Virus record (IMG/VR): IMGVR_UViG_3300037108_000012
Coordinates: 8,888-72,887 of that record
Reading direction: 5' to 3' (one strand)
From: a virus
DNA: 64,000 bases
Under the pieces are notes generated by a model. The model made no database searches and was not told the origin of the DNA. It saw only the letters and a list, made by a program, of their open reading frames with translations. Of this stretch, positions 46,898 to 56,743 are shown in pieces. Position 1 is the stretch's first letter. Each line of letters begins with the position of its first letter. Both the position numbers and the translations under genes were made by a program.

Positions 46898-47767
46898 ATG
46901 AAGAGATTTTTGTTGATTTCTCTCCTTTTGGTATGCGGGTTAGTTGCACACGGACAAGCCTGCTCGCCTGTGAACGGAATGACTTGCACCCCGAACCTCA
47001 ACTTGTACCTTCCTCCGCTCAACTATCAGAACTGGAACATCGCTCTCAATGCAAACTTCAACTTGCTCGATACCTCGTCGGCTAATTGGGTAAAGTTGAA
47101 CGCCTTAAACACGTTTACCCAAATTCAGACTATGCCAGGTCTGGTTATTACTGGAGCGCCGTCAGGAACTTACGCCAAAGCGGATGGTACAGGCTACGGG
47201 ACTCCTGCGGGAAACACCCCATGTACTATAGGACAGTTAGCTTACTATGCATCTGGTGGAGCGGTACAAGCCTGCTTGAATCTAGGGACAGGATTAACTA
47301 TCACAAGTGGAACGCTCAATGCGGCAGGAGGTAGCGGGGGCATCACCCAACTGACAGGAGATGTTAACGCAACCGGACCTAACATTGCAACGGCAACATT
47401 GACGGCGAGTGGAGTGACAGCGGGAAGCTATACCGGGGCAACAATCACGGTAGACGCAAAGGGACGAGTGACGGCTGCGGCAACAGGGTTCACTTCGGGA
47501 AGTAATACTAACGGTTACTGGGAAAAAAGCCCGACAGGGCACATCCATCAATGGGGATTAACCACTGTTTCCAGCTCTACAACAACAATCACATTTCCGA
47601 CACCGTTTACAATTTTGGCCTCAATAATTCCTAGCGGTAGTCCATTAGGAACCACATCGCAACCATCAGCAGATAATCCTCCGTTGTTTTGGAATGTGGG
47701 GTTGAATGGTATGTCAATAAACACCAATAGCTCGACGGGGGCTAGTTGGACAGCCGACGGATATTAG
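46898..47767 (+). CDS. tail fibre protein with Sec signal peptide
   Basis: MKRFLLISLLLVCGLVAHG-Q; TPNLNLYLP...WNIALNANFNLLD anchor; SGVTAGSY..ATITVDAKGRVTAA; NGYW...QWG gp53-like tip. Confidence 0.8.
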   Translation: MKRFLLISLLLVCGLVAHGQACSPVNGMTCTPNLNLYLPPLNYQNWNIALNANFNLLDTSSANWVKLNALNTFTQIQTMPGLVITGAPSGTYAKADGTGYGTPAGNTPCTIGQLAYYASGGAVQACLNLGTGLTITSGTLNAAGGSGGITQLTGDVNATGPNIATATLTASGVTAGSYTGATITVDAKGRVTAAATGFTSGSNTNGYWEKSPTGHIHQWGLTTVSSSTTTITFPTPFTILASIIPSGSPLGTTSQPSADNPPLFWNVGLNGMSINTNSSTGASWTADGY

Positions 47768-47774
47768 GAGAAAA

Positions 47775-49166
47775 ATGGCTGGATCATACACATGGCTTCG
47801 ACTTTCTGATGCTATTTCTCAGTTAGGACAGAGGCTTAATATAACACCATCCGCAACGTCCTTCTGGACGATAGATGAGTTGCAAGTGTACATTTCGACA
47901 GCATTACGCCAATTCAACTCTTTAACGGGAATGTGGAGACAGGACTTTAATTTTCAATCCACACAGGTCTGGAATTCGTTGGGTTCTATTCTCGGAAGTC
48001 CTAGACAAAGAACTCTGTTAGATACGTACTGCTACACAGAGATGGAGATGATGCTGTTGGAGCCTCCGACAGGACAAGTTTGGACTGGAACAAACCAATT
48101 CCAGATTTCCGATCTTTCACAGGCATTACAGAGACGGCGTGATGAGATGATCCAGATAGGTAATCTCAATCAGCAGCTAATTCCAGAAATAGATTTAACT
48201 CCCAACGAGATTAGGACAGAACTTCCCGATAATGTGATAGACGTTGCTCGTGTCCGTTACATTCCGGGAGGCCAATTATCGGGGGGGTACGGTACGGGTG
48301 GATACGGACAGGGAGGTTATGGAGTAGGGAATTTTACGAACGGTCCTAGCCCTGTAACTCTTTATCGAGACGATACAGTAGCTAACGAATTTTTCAATGC
48401 ACCTCTTTACCAACTTTCATCAGGAACTCCACAAACATTTTCTTTGTCGTCAGAGCCTCCGTTATCTTTTCAGGTAGACATTCCCCCCGCACAACCAGGA
48501 ACATACGAGGCGATAGTTTTACAGTCAGGATCACCGTTTAATCCTCCTACTCCTACGCTACTGAACATCCCAGATGATATGGCGTGGGTATTGGAGTATG
48601 GCGCATTGGCAGACCTTCTAGGACGCGAGAGCGAGGCTACTGATAGGGAGAGGGCCGCATACGCTCAGAAGCGTTACATGGACGGCTTACAGTTGATGCT
48701 CAAGACTCCGTGGATCGAACTAGGACGAGTAAACGGAGTGGCGGTAAGCTGCGATTCTATAAAAGACACTGATTCGTATGATCCTGAGTGGGACTCAAAT
48801 CCTACGGGCTTTGGTCCTGTGATTGTGACGGGAGGAATAGACTTCATAGGCGCTCCCTTGAACGCCAACATCGGTTTAACCTGTCTCGGCAATGCGCCCG
48901 TGCCAACTTTTGGAAAGGATTTTATCCAGATAAGCCGCTCGGATGCAGAAATCATGTTTAATTTAGCACAATCTAGGGCGCTTTTTAAGTGCGGAGGAGC
49001 AGAATTTAAGGCTTCGCTCGATCTAGAGAAGCAAGCAATACAGACATGTGCAGCAGAAAATTCACGTCTAAGAAGCTGTGGAGCTTACTCTGACGTGCTC
49101 GTGCAAAGAGGACAGGCGCAGGAGCGTTCAATGAACAGGTACAATGTGAAGGGGGATAAGGGATAA
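47775..49166 (+). CDS. tail/neck adaptor-like protein
   Basis: FWT.DEL..YI..AL N-terminal motif repeated in a second domain. Confidence 0.6.
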   Translation: MAGSYTWLRLSDAISQLGQRLNITPSATSFWTIDELQVYISTALRQFNSLTGMWRQDFNFQSTQVWNSLGSILGSPRQRTLLDTYCYTEMEMMLLEPPTGQVWTGTNQFQISDLSQALQRRRDEMIQIGNLNQQLIPEIDLTPNEIRTELPDNVIDVARVRYIPGGQLSGGYGTGGYGQGGYGVGNFTNGPSPVTLYRDDTVANEFFNAPLYQLSSGTPQTFSLSSEPPLSFQVDIPPAQPGTYEAIVLQSGSPFNPPTPTLLNIPDDMAWVLEYGALADLLGRESEATDRERAAYAQKRYMDGLQLMLKTPWIELGRVNGVAVSCDSIKDTDSYDPEWDSNPTGFGPVIVTGGIDFIGAPLNANIGLTCLGNAPVPTFGKDFIQISRSDAEIMFNLAQSRALFKCGGAEFKASLDLEKQAIQTCAAENSRLRSCGAYSDVLVQRGQAQERSMNRYNVKGDKG

Positions 49167-49480
49167 TGGGAGCAAAGATACATCAGATGGACGCTAACCA
49201 CTACGCTTTCAATTGTCCCGGCTGCGAGGGCGGACACATGGTACGAGTGTCAGGAGATCACCCTTGTTGGGGATGGAATGGAAGCGTAGAGGCTCCTACG
49301 TTCACGCCTTCAATCCTAGTCACATATCCTGCGAATCCTAATGCGCTAGATGAATTCAAGGAATGGAGAACAGAGAGAAAATGTCACAGTTTCGTCACTG
49401 ACGGGAAAATACAGTTTTTGGGAGATTGTTTTCATAAACTGGCGAATTCGACGGTTGAACTACCAGATTGGGACGAGTGA
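49166..49480 (+). CDS. DUF6527-like Zn-binding protein
   Basis: FNCPGC, WNG...PTFTPSIL, CHSFVTDG.IQFL.DC.H. Confidence 0.75.
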   Translation: MGAKIHQMDANHYAFNCPGCEGGHMVRVSGDHPCWGWNGSVEAPTFTPSILVTYPANPNALDEFKEWRTERKCHSFVTDGKIQFLGDCFHKLANSTVELPDWDE

Positions 49481-49534
49481 ATAATGCTTGCATAATCATG
49501 CGCTTTGTGTGAGAATAGTGGTATCGGGGGGGAT

Positions 49535-50113
49535 ATGGGACAACGAATAGAAGAACTTGCTGCTCTATCTTTAGGCATGGAAGGATTAAGTTATTTGCAT
49601 TCTCAACACAAAGACGCAGGGCCGATCAAAGAATGCTCATGTGAGTATGCAAAAGCGTTTCGAGTAGTATCTGCACTGCGCTGCAAAGATTCATATGAGG
49701 AGTTAAAGGCTAAAATACGCCGTGAGGCAAGGAATCGTTGCTTAGATGAAATTGAGTCACTTGCGAATGGCGAATCAATCGAACATGGAATTGGGCTAGA
49801 CGTAGAAAGAGTTTATTCTTTGTCTGTGTTAAAGACAAAACAAACCAATGGTGTGAAAATTAAAGACTTTATAGAATACGAAAAGGAACTCTACGGACAC
49901 TGTACAAAATGTGGAGCGGACATTGCTCAGCCAGATATTCCGTATGCGCACAAGTCAGTGGCAGGAAACATTATGCCGGGACACACGGATACGGAAGTTC
50001 CAAAAGAGATCAAGGATTTGCTCTGGCATGACGATGAATATGAGAGTAAAGATAAACAGGTAAACAAAAGATTGATTGAAGCGTTCCGTCGCGGAAAGGA
50101 CAGCACATTATGA
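49535..50113 (+). CDS. hypothetical mosaic phage protein
   Basis: EVPKEIKDLL...EAFRRG module. Confidence 0.55.
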   Translation: MGQRIEELAALSLGMEGLSYLHSQHKDAGPIKECSCEYAKAFRVVSALRCKDSYEELKAKIRREARNRCLDEIESLANGESIEHGIGLDVERVYSLSVLKTKQTNGVKIKDFIEYEKELYGHCTKCGADIAQPDIPYAHKSVAGNIMPGHTDTEVPKEIKDLLWHDDEYESKDKQVNKRLIEAFRRGKDSTL

Positions 50114-50427
50114 CTCTTCTCTATGTACTAGACTGGATAACGTTTATACTTTTCATTGGCGCATTTGTTCTTGCAATGTATGTAGGATATTGCGTGATGT
50201 TTAGGAAGAGGATATGGATACTAGACGTTAAACCGAAGGCGATAATGGGATTCCGTGTAGCTTCTGGAATAAAAATGAGAAGCGATATGGTGGTTATTCC
50301 TTGCGACAAATGCGGAGATGATATGTGGATCACTCCAGAGGGGATGGACGTTAAAGAGAAGTTTTGCTCTGGCTGTGTATATAAAGCCGGTATTAGCATC
50401 GAGGAGATATTGATTGGACAACTGTAG
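50110..50427 (+). CDS. TM plus zinc-ribbon protein
   Basis: N-terminal TM helix, CDKC...CSGC. Confidence 0.55.
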   Translation: MTLLYVLDWITFILFIGAFVLAMYVGYCVMFRKRIWILDVKPKAIMGFRVASGIKMRSDMVVIPCDKCGDDMWITPEGMDVKEKFCSGCVYKAGISIEEILIGQL

Positions 50428-50619
50428 AGTATGTCATAATCCGAGAGAATCCCATCATCAGGACAAAGATGGAGTATGGTGGTGCTGTGATAACATTTCT
50501 GTGAGGGCTTCTTTTAAGATCAAATCCTGCTTGTATCAAAAGTAGGAGATATTGAGTAATTTGTAGTACAATGTTAGTATCCTACCGCAACGGGAGAGGC
50601 GTAGGATTTAAGGTGAACT

Positions 50620-53600
50620 ATGGCTCCCGGACCATTTGACCACAGAGGAATCGATTTAACTTCCGCCTTGAACCGTATCCGTTCAGGGTTTACCTCAGTT
50701 TCTGTCAATATAAGAAATTATACCAAGGGTGGCGTCACCTTCCGTAATCTCCTAACGGGAGCGATGTATACGTTATCAGCAGCAGTACACAGCTTAAAAA
50801 GGCTTAATGACAGCACGCCAAACGCACCCTCTAGCGGTTTCTCAATCATTAACGGTGCGGGAACTGTCCTATCCGCATGGAACTCGACAATAGGAGTAAA
50901 GAATGTAGCCACAGGACAGAGTGGGAATCCTGTTTCGATGGTTCCTTTTCGTCCTAACGCATCTGTCGAAGATTGGATGTACGTTGCAGATTCGGCTTCT
51001 CAAGGATCAACAACCCTTCATACTCAGTATCTCGGTCTAAATAGTTTTGGACCTTCCGGTACGCCTGTAGATTTCGTTTCCAATGGAATGATGAAAGTTT
51101 CCTGTAATGAAGGATATACGGGAACTCCTACGCCTACCGCAGTGTGCTGGAAAATGGGAATCAAGGAGCCGCAACTGGCACCTATTGTATCCACTTCTAA
51201 TTCAACCGTACCTTTTGGTGGAGGAACAGGAAACCTTCTAGCCACGGCAATTCCATGGACTAACAATCCTACAGGAACAAATTCTAGTTTCAATTATGGA
51301 GAAACTGAGGGTCATCCACACACTGATCCAACGACACCAAAAGACGGCACAATATGGTACAGCGTAAATGTTCTAAATGCTTCGTATGTAACGATTAGCA
51401 GTTTGGTGCCAAATGGGACCGTAGTTATAAACGGAACAAGCATAACAACTCAGGCTGAACTTGAGGTTACTTCAACCACACGAGTTAGGGCAGACGTACC
51501 AGGGTATCCAGGACAATTCCTGCAAACTTTAGGATCGCCAACTCCTCCAAGCGTAGCATCGTATGTGATAGGAGCATTTGTTGATTCATCCGGTGCTGTT
51601 ATGGATAAGGGAGTTGCAATCCTTTACGTTCCTAGTGTAGTTGATATTGGAGCAAACATTGGAGTGGAAATTACAGTTCCTTATGGAGCGTCCTCTCTCC
51701 AAATTGGTATGAATTCATTAGGAAATACATATTCCTCAAACTCTGGTTCTATCGGAGGAGGACAACTTACTATTTCTGGCACTGTCACAACAAACGCTCT
51801 TCCATCTGTAACTTCTATACTAGGAAATCTTACAGCTTATTACTGGGGAGATTCTCCTGCGGCTGCGGGTGCCAATGATGCCTCCTTTTATATATGGAAA
51901 AATCCTAGCGATCCAAGTGGAAGTGGACCAGTAAGAACCACATCTAATGCGGACGGGAGTACGACAGGAAATTCCTTTATATTTGATGCAACGATTGGAC
52001 CAACTCCAGCAGGAATGCCTCAACTTCCAGGACTCGGACCTCCAGATAGTCCAGATAGTCAGACAGTCCCGATGATTTGGTATACTCTTAATCCAGAGAG
52101 CGTTATTACTGGACAAAGCAGTGTATTTGCCGCGCCAATTACAACAACCTACAAGACAAATACGAGTTACAATAACTTCAACTTCTGTCTAACTGGAAAC
52201 ATTTATTTCCCGTCTGGTGGACCAGGAGTTTACTATACTCTTGTTTTAACCAGTAAGGATGATTGTATTTGGGGTATAGGAGGAGGGGTAAAATTAGTTT
52301 CCGGATCAGTGTCCATATCAGGAAATAATGAGGGAAGCTCAGCATCTATATCTGGATGGGGTCAGACCATCACAGTTGTAGGAGGATACTCGCTTCTTCC
52401 ACGACAAAACTATACTCATGGGGATGATAATACTTATGCACTAACAACATTGCAAGTAAATCCTCCGGCAGCGGGAATCTATCCAATTGAAATAGATTAT
52501 GACTATTGGTATCGCAATGAGCGTATCTTGTTACTGATGGCTTCTCCGACAGCGGGAGCTAGTCCAACTATTATACCTCCTCTTCAAAAAGATATTAGGC
52601 AAGATGTACAGTACCGTTACTGCTATAGGAGTTCCGCAACAGGAGCGCAATCGAATCCATCTCCTGAGTCTACATCTGAATCTATTCCAGTAAAAGCAAA
52701 TACAATCACATCTCTATGGTCGAATGATCCTCAAGTAGATGTGGTGGATTATTATCGGATAGATTCGACAACCTCAGAATTTACCTATGTGGCGACAGGA
52801 CCGAATGATAATCTTGGGGGAAATGGATACAACACCGCAATCTCCGATTCATTAACCGACACAGAATTAGGGACTAAGACACTTGATTACGACAATTACG
52901 AGCCTTTCCCCTCTATAGATTTGCCTCAAAAGGGAGTATGCAATGTAATAGGCGGTGTGATTACTTGGGTTTCTGGTGGAGCGATAGGAGGATCAGGTTT
53001 AGGATTTAGTCCTAGATGGTTATCGGGAACGGAGATATTGATTGGTTCTCCTACGTCTTTGGCATACACGTTTATTTCTCGTCCTATAGCATCTTCATTT
53101 CAAACTAATTACCTGTATCCATTGAACTTCATGATTCTTGATCCTTCCAATCACTACCAGTTAGTGACTGTATCAGGAACATCCGGGGTCGTTGATCCAA
53201 CATTTAACGATGCGGGTGGTACCACAGTCAGCGGAGGAGTAACTTTTACAGACAAAGGAATTTATATTCCTACGGGGTATGTTACTGAGATTGAGATTTC
53301 TGGAGTTCCAGACGGATCGAGTGTAGCTTACCAAATACCAGAGCCTATTCTTGCAGCACAGCCGTTGCCGTATTTGTGGGGGCCAACGGACAATGTGAAT
53401 TACTGCTTTGGTGTAGGAGACCCGCTAAGACCAGGAACGCTGTATTGGTGCAAAGGATCAAACTTAGACTCGTCTCCTGACACCAATCAGCAGGAAGTAT
53501 GTGACCCAGGAGAACCGCTAGTCAACGGAGCAATTGCTGGTGGTTTAGGTGTTCTATTCTCAATCAAGCGTGGATGGTTGATTATGCCTAACTTCAGTAG

Positions 53601-54477
53601 TGCTAAGGCTACGGCCGAAGGAACTACGGGTTCTACTTGGACATTGCAGGAATCATCTATTCCGAGAGGATTATATATTCCTCGATGCGTCTGTGTTTCT
53701 GGGGGAGGTAACATATTCTTTCGTGTAGATGACGGTATTCACGTATCGCCTTACGGATCAGCGAGCCAGTCTATCACAGACCAAAATTTGTATCCTTTAT
53801 TTTCTCACGAGAACTCAGATAACACTGGTACTCAACCACAACCAATAACTAGGAACGGAATCACTATCTATCCTCCAGATGATTCACTTCCTAATCTGCA
53901 ACGGTTTTCTTATAATTCCGGTTATATGTACTGGGACTACCAAGGAACGGATGGATACCCCCACACGCTAGTATTTGATGAAAAAGCGGAGGGATGGATT
54001 TATGATCTATACAACCCTGCTGCGACGATACACGCATCTAATGAAGGACAGAGCAAACAAGGAATATTGGTAGGATGCTCAGATGGAAGTGTCCGTCAAT
54101 TAACCAGTGTGGGAACGGAAACCATTACTGGGACAATTGCAACACCGGCATTCGGTGGCAAAGGATATATGCACGTCGGTCAAGCTGTAGTTGAATACTC
54201 TTCAACATCTACGGTAACTCTTAGTTTCTATGTAGCGGACGAAGGAAATAATTCCTATGCTCCTCAGACAATTACGTTACCGAGTACAGGTGGAGTTTTG
54301 ACAAAGTATTTCTTCCGTCCTAGCGCGGCTAAGTGGAAGTTGTTGGTTGCACAGTTCTCGTCGAGTGTCAATTTTGTTTTGAACCTTCAGGGGGCGATTT
54401 TCTATCTTAGAGTCTGGGGTTCATCTGGAGTCTATCAGCCAACACCTATATTTGGTGATGCAGGAGGAGAGGGATAA
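50620..54477 (+). CDS. tail stabilisation/nozzle-like protein with inserted carbohydrate-binding-like domains
   Basis: 1285 aa; YRYCY...SNPSP, LYW.K propeller-type segments, PA14-like SKDD/YPIEIDY. Confidence 0.6.
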   Translation: MAPGPFDHRGIDLTSALNRIRSGFTSVSVNIRNYTKGGVTFRNLLTGAMYTLSAAVHSLKRLNDSTPNAPSSGFSIINGAGTVLSAWNSTIGVKNVATGQSGNPVSMVPFRPNASVEDWMYVADSASQGSTTLHTQYLGLNSFGPSGTPVDFVSNGMMKVSCNEGYTGTPTPTAVCWKMGIKEPQLAPIVSTSNSTVPFGGGTGNLLATAIPWTNNPTGTNSSFNYGETEGHPHTDPTTPKDGTIWYSVNVLNASYVTISSLVPNGTVVINGTSITTQAELEVTSTTRVRADVPGYPGQFLQTLGSPTPPSVASYVIGAFVDSSGAVMDKGVAILYVPSVVDIGANIGVEITVPYGASSLQIGMNSLGNTYSSNSGSIGGGQLTISGTVTTNALPSVTSILGNLTAYYWGDSPAAAGANDASFYIWKNPSDPSGSGPVRTTSNADGSTTGNSFIFDATIGPTPAGMPQLPGLGPPDSPDSQTVPMIWYTLNPESVITGQSSVFAAPITTTYKTNTSYNNFNFCLTGNIYFPSGGPGVYYTLVLTSKDDCIWGIGGGVKLVSGSVSISGNNEGSSASISGWGQTITVVGGYSLLPRQNYTHGDDNTYALTTLQVNPPAAGIYPIEIDYDYWYRNERILLLMASPTAGASPTIIPPLQKDIRQDVQYRYCYRSSATGAQSNPSPESTSESIPVKANTITSLWSNDPQVDVVDYYRIDSTTSEFTYVATGPNDNLGGNGYNTAISDSLTDTELGTKTLDYDNYEPFPSIDLPQKGVCNVIGGVITWVSGGAIGGSGLGFSPRWLSGTEILIGSPTSLAYTFISRPIASSFQTNYLYPLNFMILDPSNHYQLVTVSGTSGVVDPTFNDAGGTTVSGGVTFTDKGIYIPTGYVTEIEISGVPDGSSVAYQIPEPILAAQPLPYLWGPTDNVNYCFGVGDPLRPGTLYWCKGSNLDSSPDTNQQEVCDPGEPLVNGAIAGGLGVLFSIKRGWLIMPNFSSAKATAEGTTGSTWTLQESSIPRGLYIPRCVCVSGGGNIFFRVDDGIHVSPYGSASQSITDQNLYPLFSHENSDNTGTQPQPITRNGITIYPPDDSLPNLQRFSYNSGYMYWDYQGTDGYPHTLVFDEKAEGWIYDLYNPAATIHASNEGQSKQGILVGCSDGSVRQLTSVGTETITGTIATPAFGGKGYMHVGQAVVEYSSTSTVTLSFYVADEGNNSYAPQTITLPSTGGVLTKYFFRPSAAKWKLLVAQFSSSVNFVLNLQGAIFYLRVWGSSGVYQPTPIFGDAGGEG

Positions 54478-54596
54478 TGAAGAACCCAGTCACACCAAGA
54501 CGATGCACCCGATGCGGGACGATAGCACATAATCCTCATCCGAATGGATTATGTACGTCATGCGATAAATGGCAAGCCAAACAGGAGAATAAGTAG

Positions 54597-55454
54597 ATGG
54601 CAACTTCAACAAACTCTCGTTTTCCGTTTGAAAGCCATATCTCTGATATGGCTCCTCAACATCAGTATGTCATTAAAAATTTGTGGAACGCAATATCTGA
54701 CGTACAAGAATCGGTTCCTATACTAAAGTCTCAGATAAACGATAATAAAAGCACTATTTCCACAGTGAGCAAAACTGTGAATAATAATATATCAACAGAG
54801 AACGTAACAACTTCATCATCAACTTCTTCTACAAGTGGATCTGTGAATAAACAAACAGGAGTCACGTCCTATTCGATATTGCCTTCTGATAATAGTTCGT
54901 TCCTAGTTTTTAATGATGCTTCTCCTGTCGCGCTCACGCTGAATACAGGTCCGTCAATTCAGTTGCCGTACTATTTTTGGATTTATAACGAAAATACTGG
55001 TATAGTTACGGCTACTCCAATGTCAGGTACGATCTCATTTCCGGGAAGCATTGGTGCATCAGCTATGACTATCCCTCAATTTTTCGGAGCAGTTATATTT
55101 TATGATGGTTCAAATTTCTTTGCTTTATTATTCCCGGTTTCTCCGCAGAATACTCCTCTAGTAGCGCATCAATGGTTAAATTCTTATAATTCTACGACTG
55201 GAGTATTTGGACAATCTGAGCCTGCGATAGAGGATGTGACAGGTTTGAGCGCATCCCTTTCATTATTGGCCCCTATTGCTTCACCAACATTCACTGGAAC
55301 AGTAACACAACCCACTCCTTCTGTGTTGACGACGGCTACGACATCTACCAGCGCGACAGCAGGAGCAGCTTCTGTCCTTCCCTTAACGCCTCTAGGATAC
55401 CTAGAGTCGAGCGTTAATGGAACGACCGTGAAGATTCCATATTATTCTGTTTAG
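54597..55454 (+). CDS. tail-associated protein
   Basis: LAPIASPTFTGT fibre motif; C-terminal KIPYY. Confidence 0.6.
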   Translation: MATSTNSRFPFESHISDMAPQHQYVIKNLWNAISDVQESVPILKSQINDNKSTISTVSKTVNNNISTENVTTSSSTSSTSGSVNKQTGVTSYSILPSDNSSFLVFNDASPVALTLNTGPSIQLPYYFWIYNENTGIVTATPMSGTISFPGSIGASAMTIPQFFGAVIFYDGSNFFALLFPVSPQNTPLVAHQWLNSYNSTTGVFGQSEPAIEDVTGLSASLSLLAPIASPTFTGTVTQPTPSVLTTATTSTSATAGAASVLPLTPLGYLESSVNGTTVKIPYYSV

Positions 55455-55487
55455 AGAGTAAACAATAACTCTTGACGGTTTTCCAAT

Positions 55488-55578
55488 GTATAATTCAGAT
55501 TGTGAAGCTGTCATGTCGTCCTCCTAGACGATAGGGTTAGAACCGGACGTTAGAGCGTCCGACAGCTTCATTATACCA
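55488..55578. promoter_or_regulatory. 91-bp structured leader with convergent -10 boxes (copy 2)
   Basis: GTATAAT...tgaagctgtc/gacagcttca...ATTATACCA. Confidence 0.6.
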
Positions 55579-55715
55579 AAACAATGATTCGTGTGTCAAA
55601 AAGAAAACAGTTGCGTTTTTGGCGGTTTGCGGTATAATGTCTTAGGCAATGCTGTAGGGAGAGCGGCGTCTGCCTTTGTTGCGACGGGTAAACCGTTGAT
55701 GACGGAGGTTTTAAC

Positions 55716-56279
55716 GTGGGATTTTTCAGCAGTATTTGGGGCGGGAAAAATGATACTTTGAACGCCAATATCGCCAAAACTGGTCAGATTGGCGACTGGG
55801 CCACTCAGGGTGGAGAAGGTGATATTACAAAAGGTACAGACTTTTGGAAGTCTTTGCTCAGTGGTGATTCGAGCAAACAAATGTCTGTATTATCCCCTGA
55901 GATTAGCGCAGAGAAAACAGCAGTATCTAACGATAACAAAACAAGTACATTATTTGGAAGCAGGAGCGGCGGAACGGCGGCTGGTAATGCTTCTAGGAGT
56001 GATAAAGTCCACGGTGATATAACCAATCTTTTAGGAAAGTTGACAGGAGATGCGGCGAGCAATCTTACAAGCGCAGGGACAAATCTAATGGGTACAGGTT
56101 TGCAAGCGTATGGAATGCAAACACAAATGTCACAGGAACGCATGAGAAACTGGTCTCAGAGTATACTTGGACATGGAATGATTTCTGGTGTACAGACGGC
56201 TGAAGAAATGGGTGAAATGAAGGCTACTGGTGGACAATCTACTCAGGCGTCTAGTGATTACAGCAGCGGACCTGGATAA
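55716..56279 (+). CDS. putative DNA-ejection/pilot protein
   Basis: MGFFSSIWGG start, Gly/Ser/Ala-rich. Confidence 0.6.
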   Translation: MGFFSSIWGGKNDTLNANIAKTGQIGDWATQGGEGDITKGTDFWKSLLSGDSSKQMSVLSPEISAEKTAVSNDNKTSTLFGSRSGGTAAGNASRSDKVHGDITNLLGKLTGDAASNLTSAGTNLMGTGLQAYGMQTQMSQERMRNWSQSILGHGMISGVQTAEEMGEMKATGGQSTQASSDYSSGPG

Positions 56280-56328
56280 ACATCGGTGGTGTTCTGAAGT
56301 AAATTAAAACTCATCGAAAGGAGTAAAT

Positions 56329-56721
56329 ATGGGTCCGAGCGGAATGAGTGGTGGCAGTGGTATGGGCGGAATGGGTGGAGGCGGAAAAGAAAAGAAAAAC
56401 AAGAAGCGTCCTCCGGTCCAAGACTTCCAACCAAAAGGTGAGAAAAAAGAATACCATTCTCCTACGTTGAAAGCGAGGGAACCTGTTCCTAGTTTTCAAC
56501 CATCTGGAGGGCAGACAGCAAAACCTTCTTCCTACCATAAAGGCGGAAAGGTGAGGAAGAGTGGGAATGCTAACGTGTTGAAAGGTGAGGAAGTTCTCAC
56601 TGCCAAACAAGCCAAAGAATACCACAAGGTACAAAAAGTTGCTGGAGCCAAAACGAAGTCTAGGTTCCGTAAGTCTGGAAATAAGAAGTCGGCTAGGACA
56701 AAAAAGATGGTTTCCAAGTAG
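56329..56721 (+). CDS. basic protein with GGKV...KGEEVL motif
   Basis: AAGGAG RBS; Lys-rich. Confidence 0.7.
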   Translation: MGPSGMSGGSGMGGMGGGGKEKKNKKRPPVQDFQPKGEKKEYHSPTLKAREPVPSFQPSGGQTAKPSSYHKGGKVRKSGNANVLKGEEVLTAKQAKEYHKVQKVAGAKTKSRFRKSGNKKSARTKKMVSK

Positions 56722-56743
56722 AAGATTGAGGGTAATTGTTCTC

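Noticed and set aside
35945-47767. Diversity-generating retroelement acting on the fibres
   Set aside because: No reverse transcriptase and no TR/VR pair with adenine-specific mismatches seen
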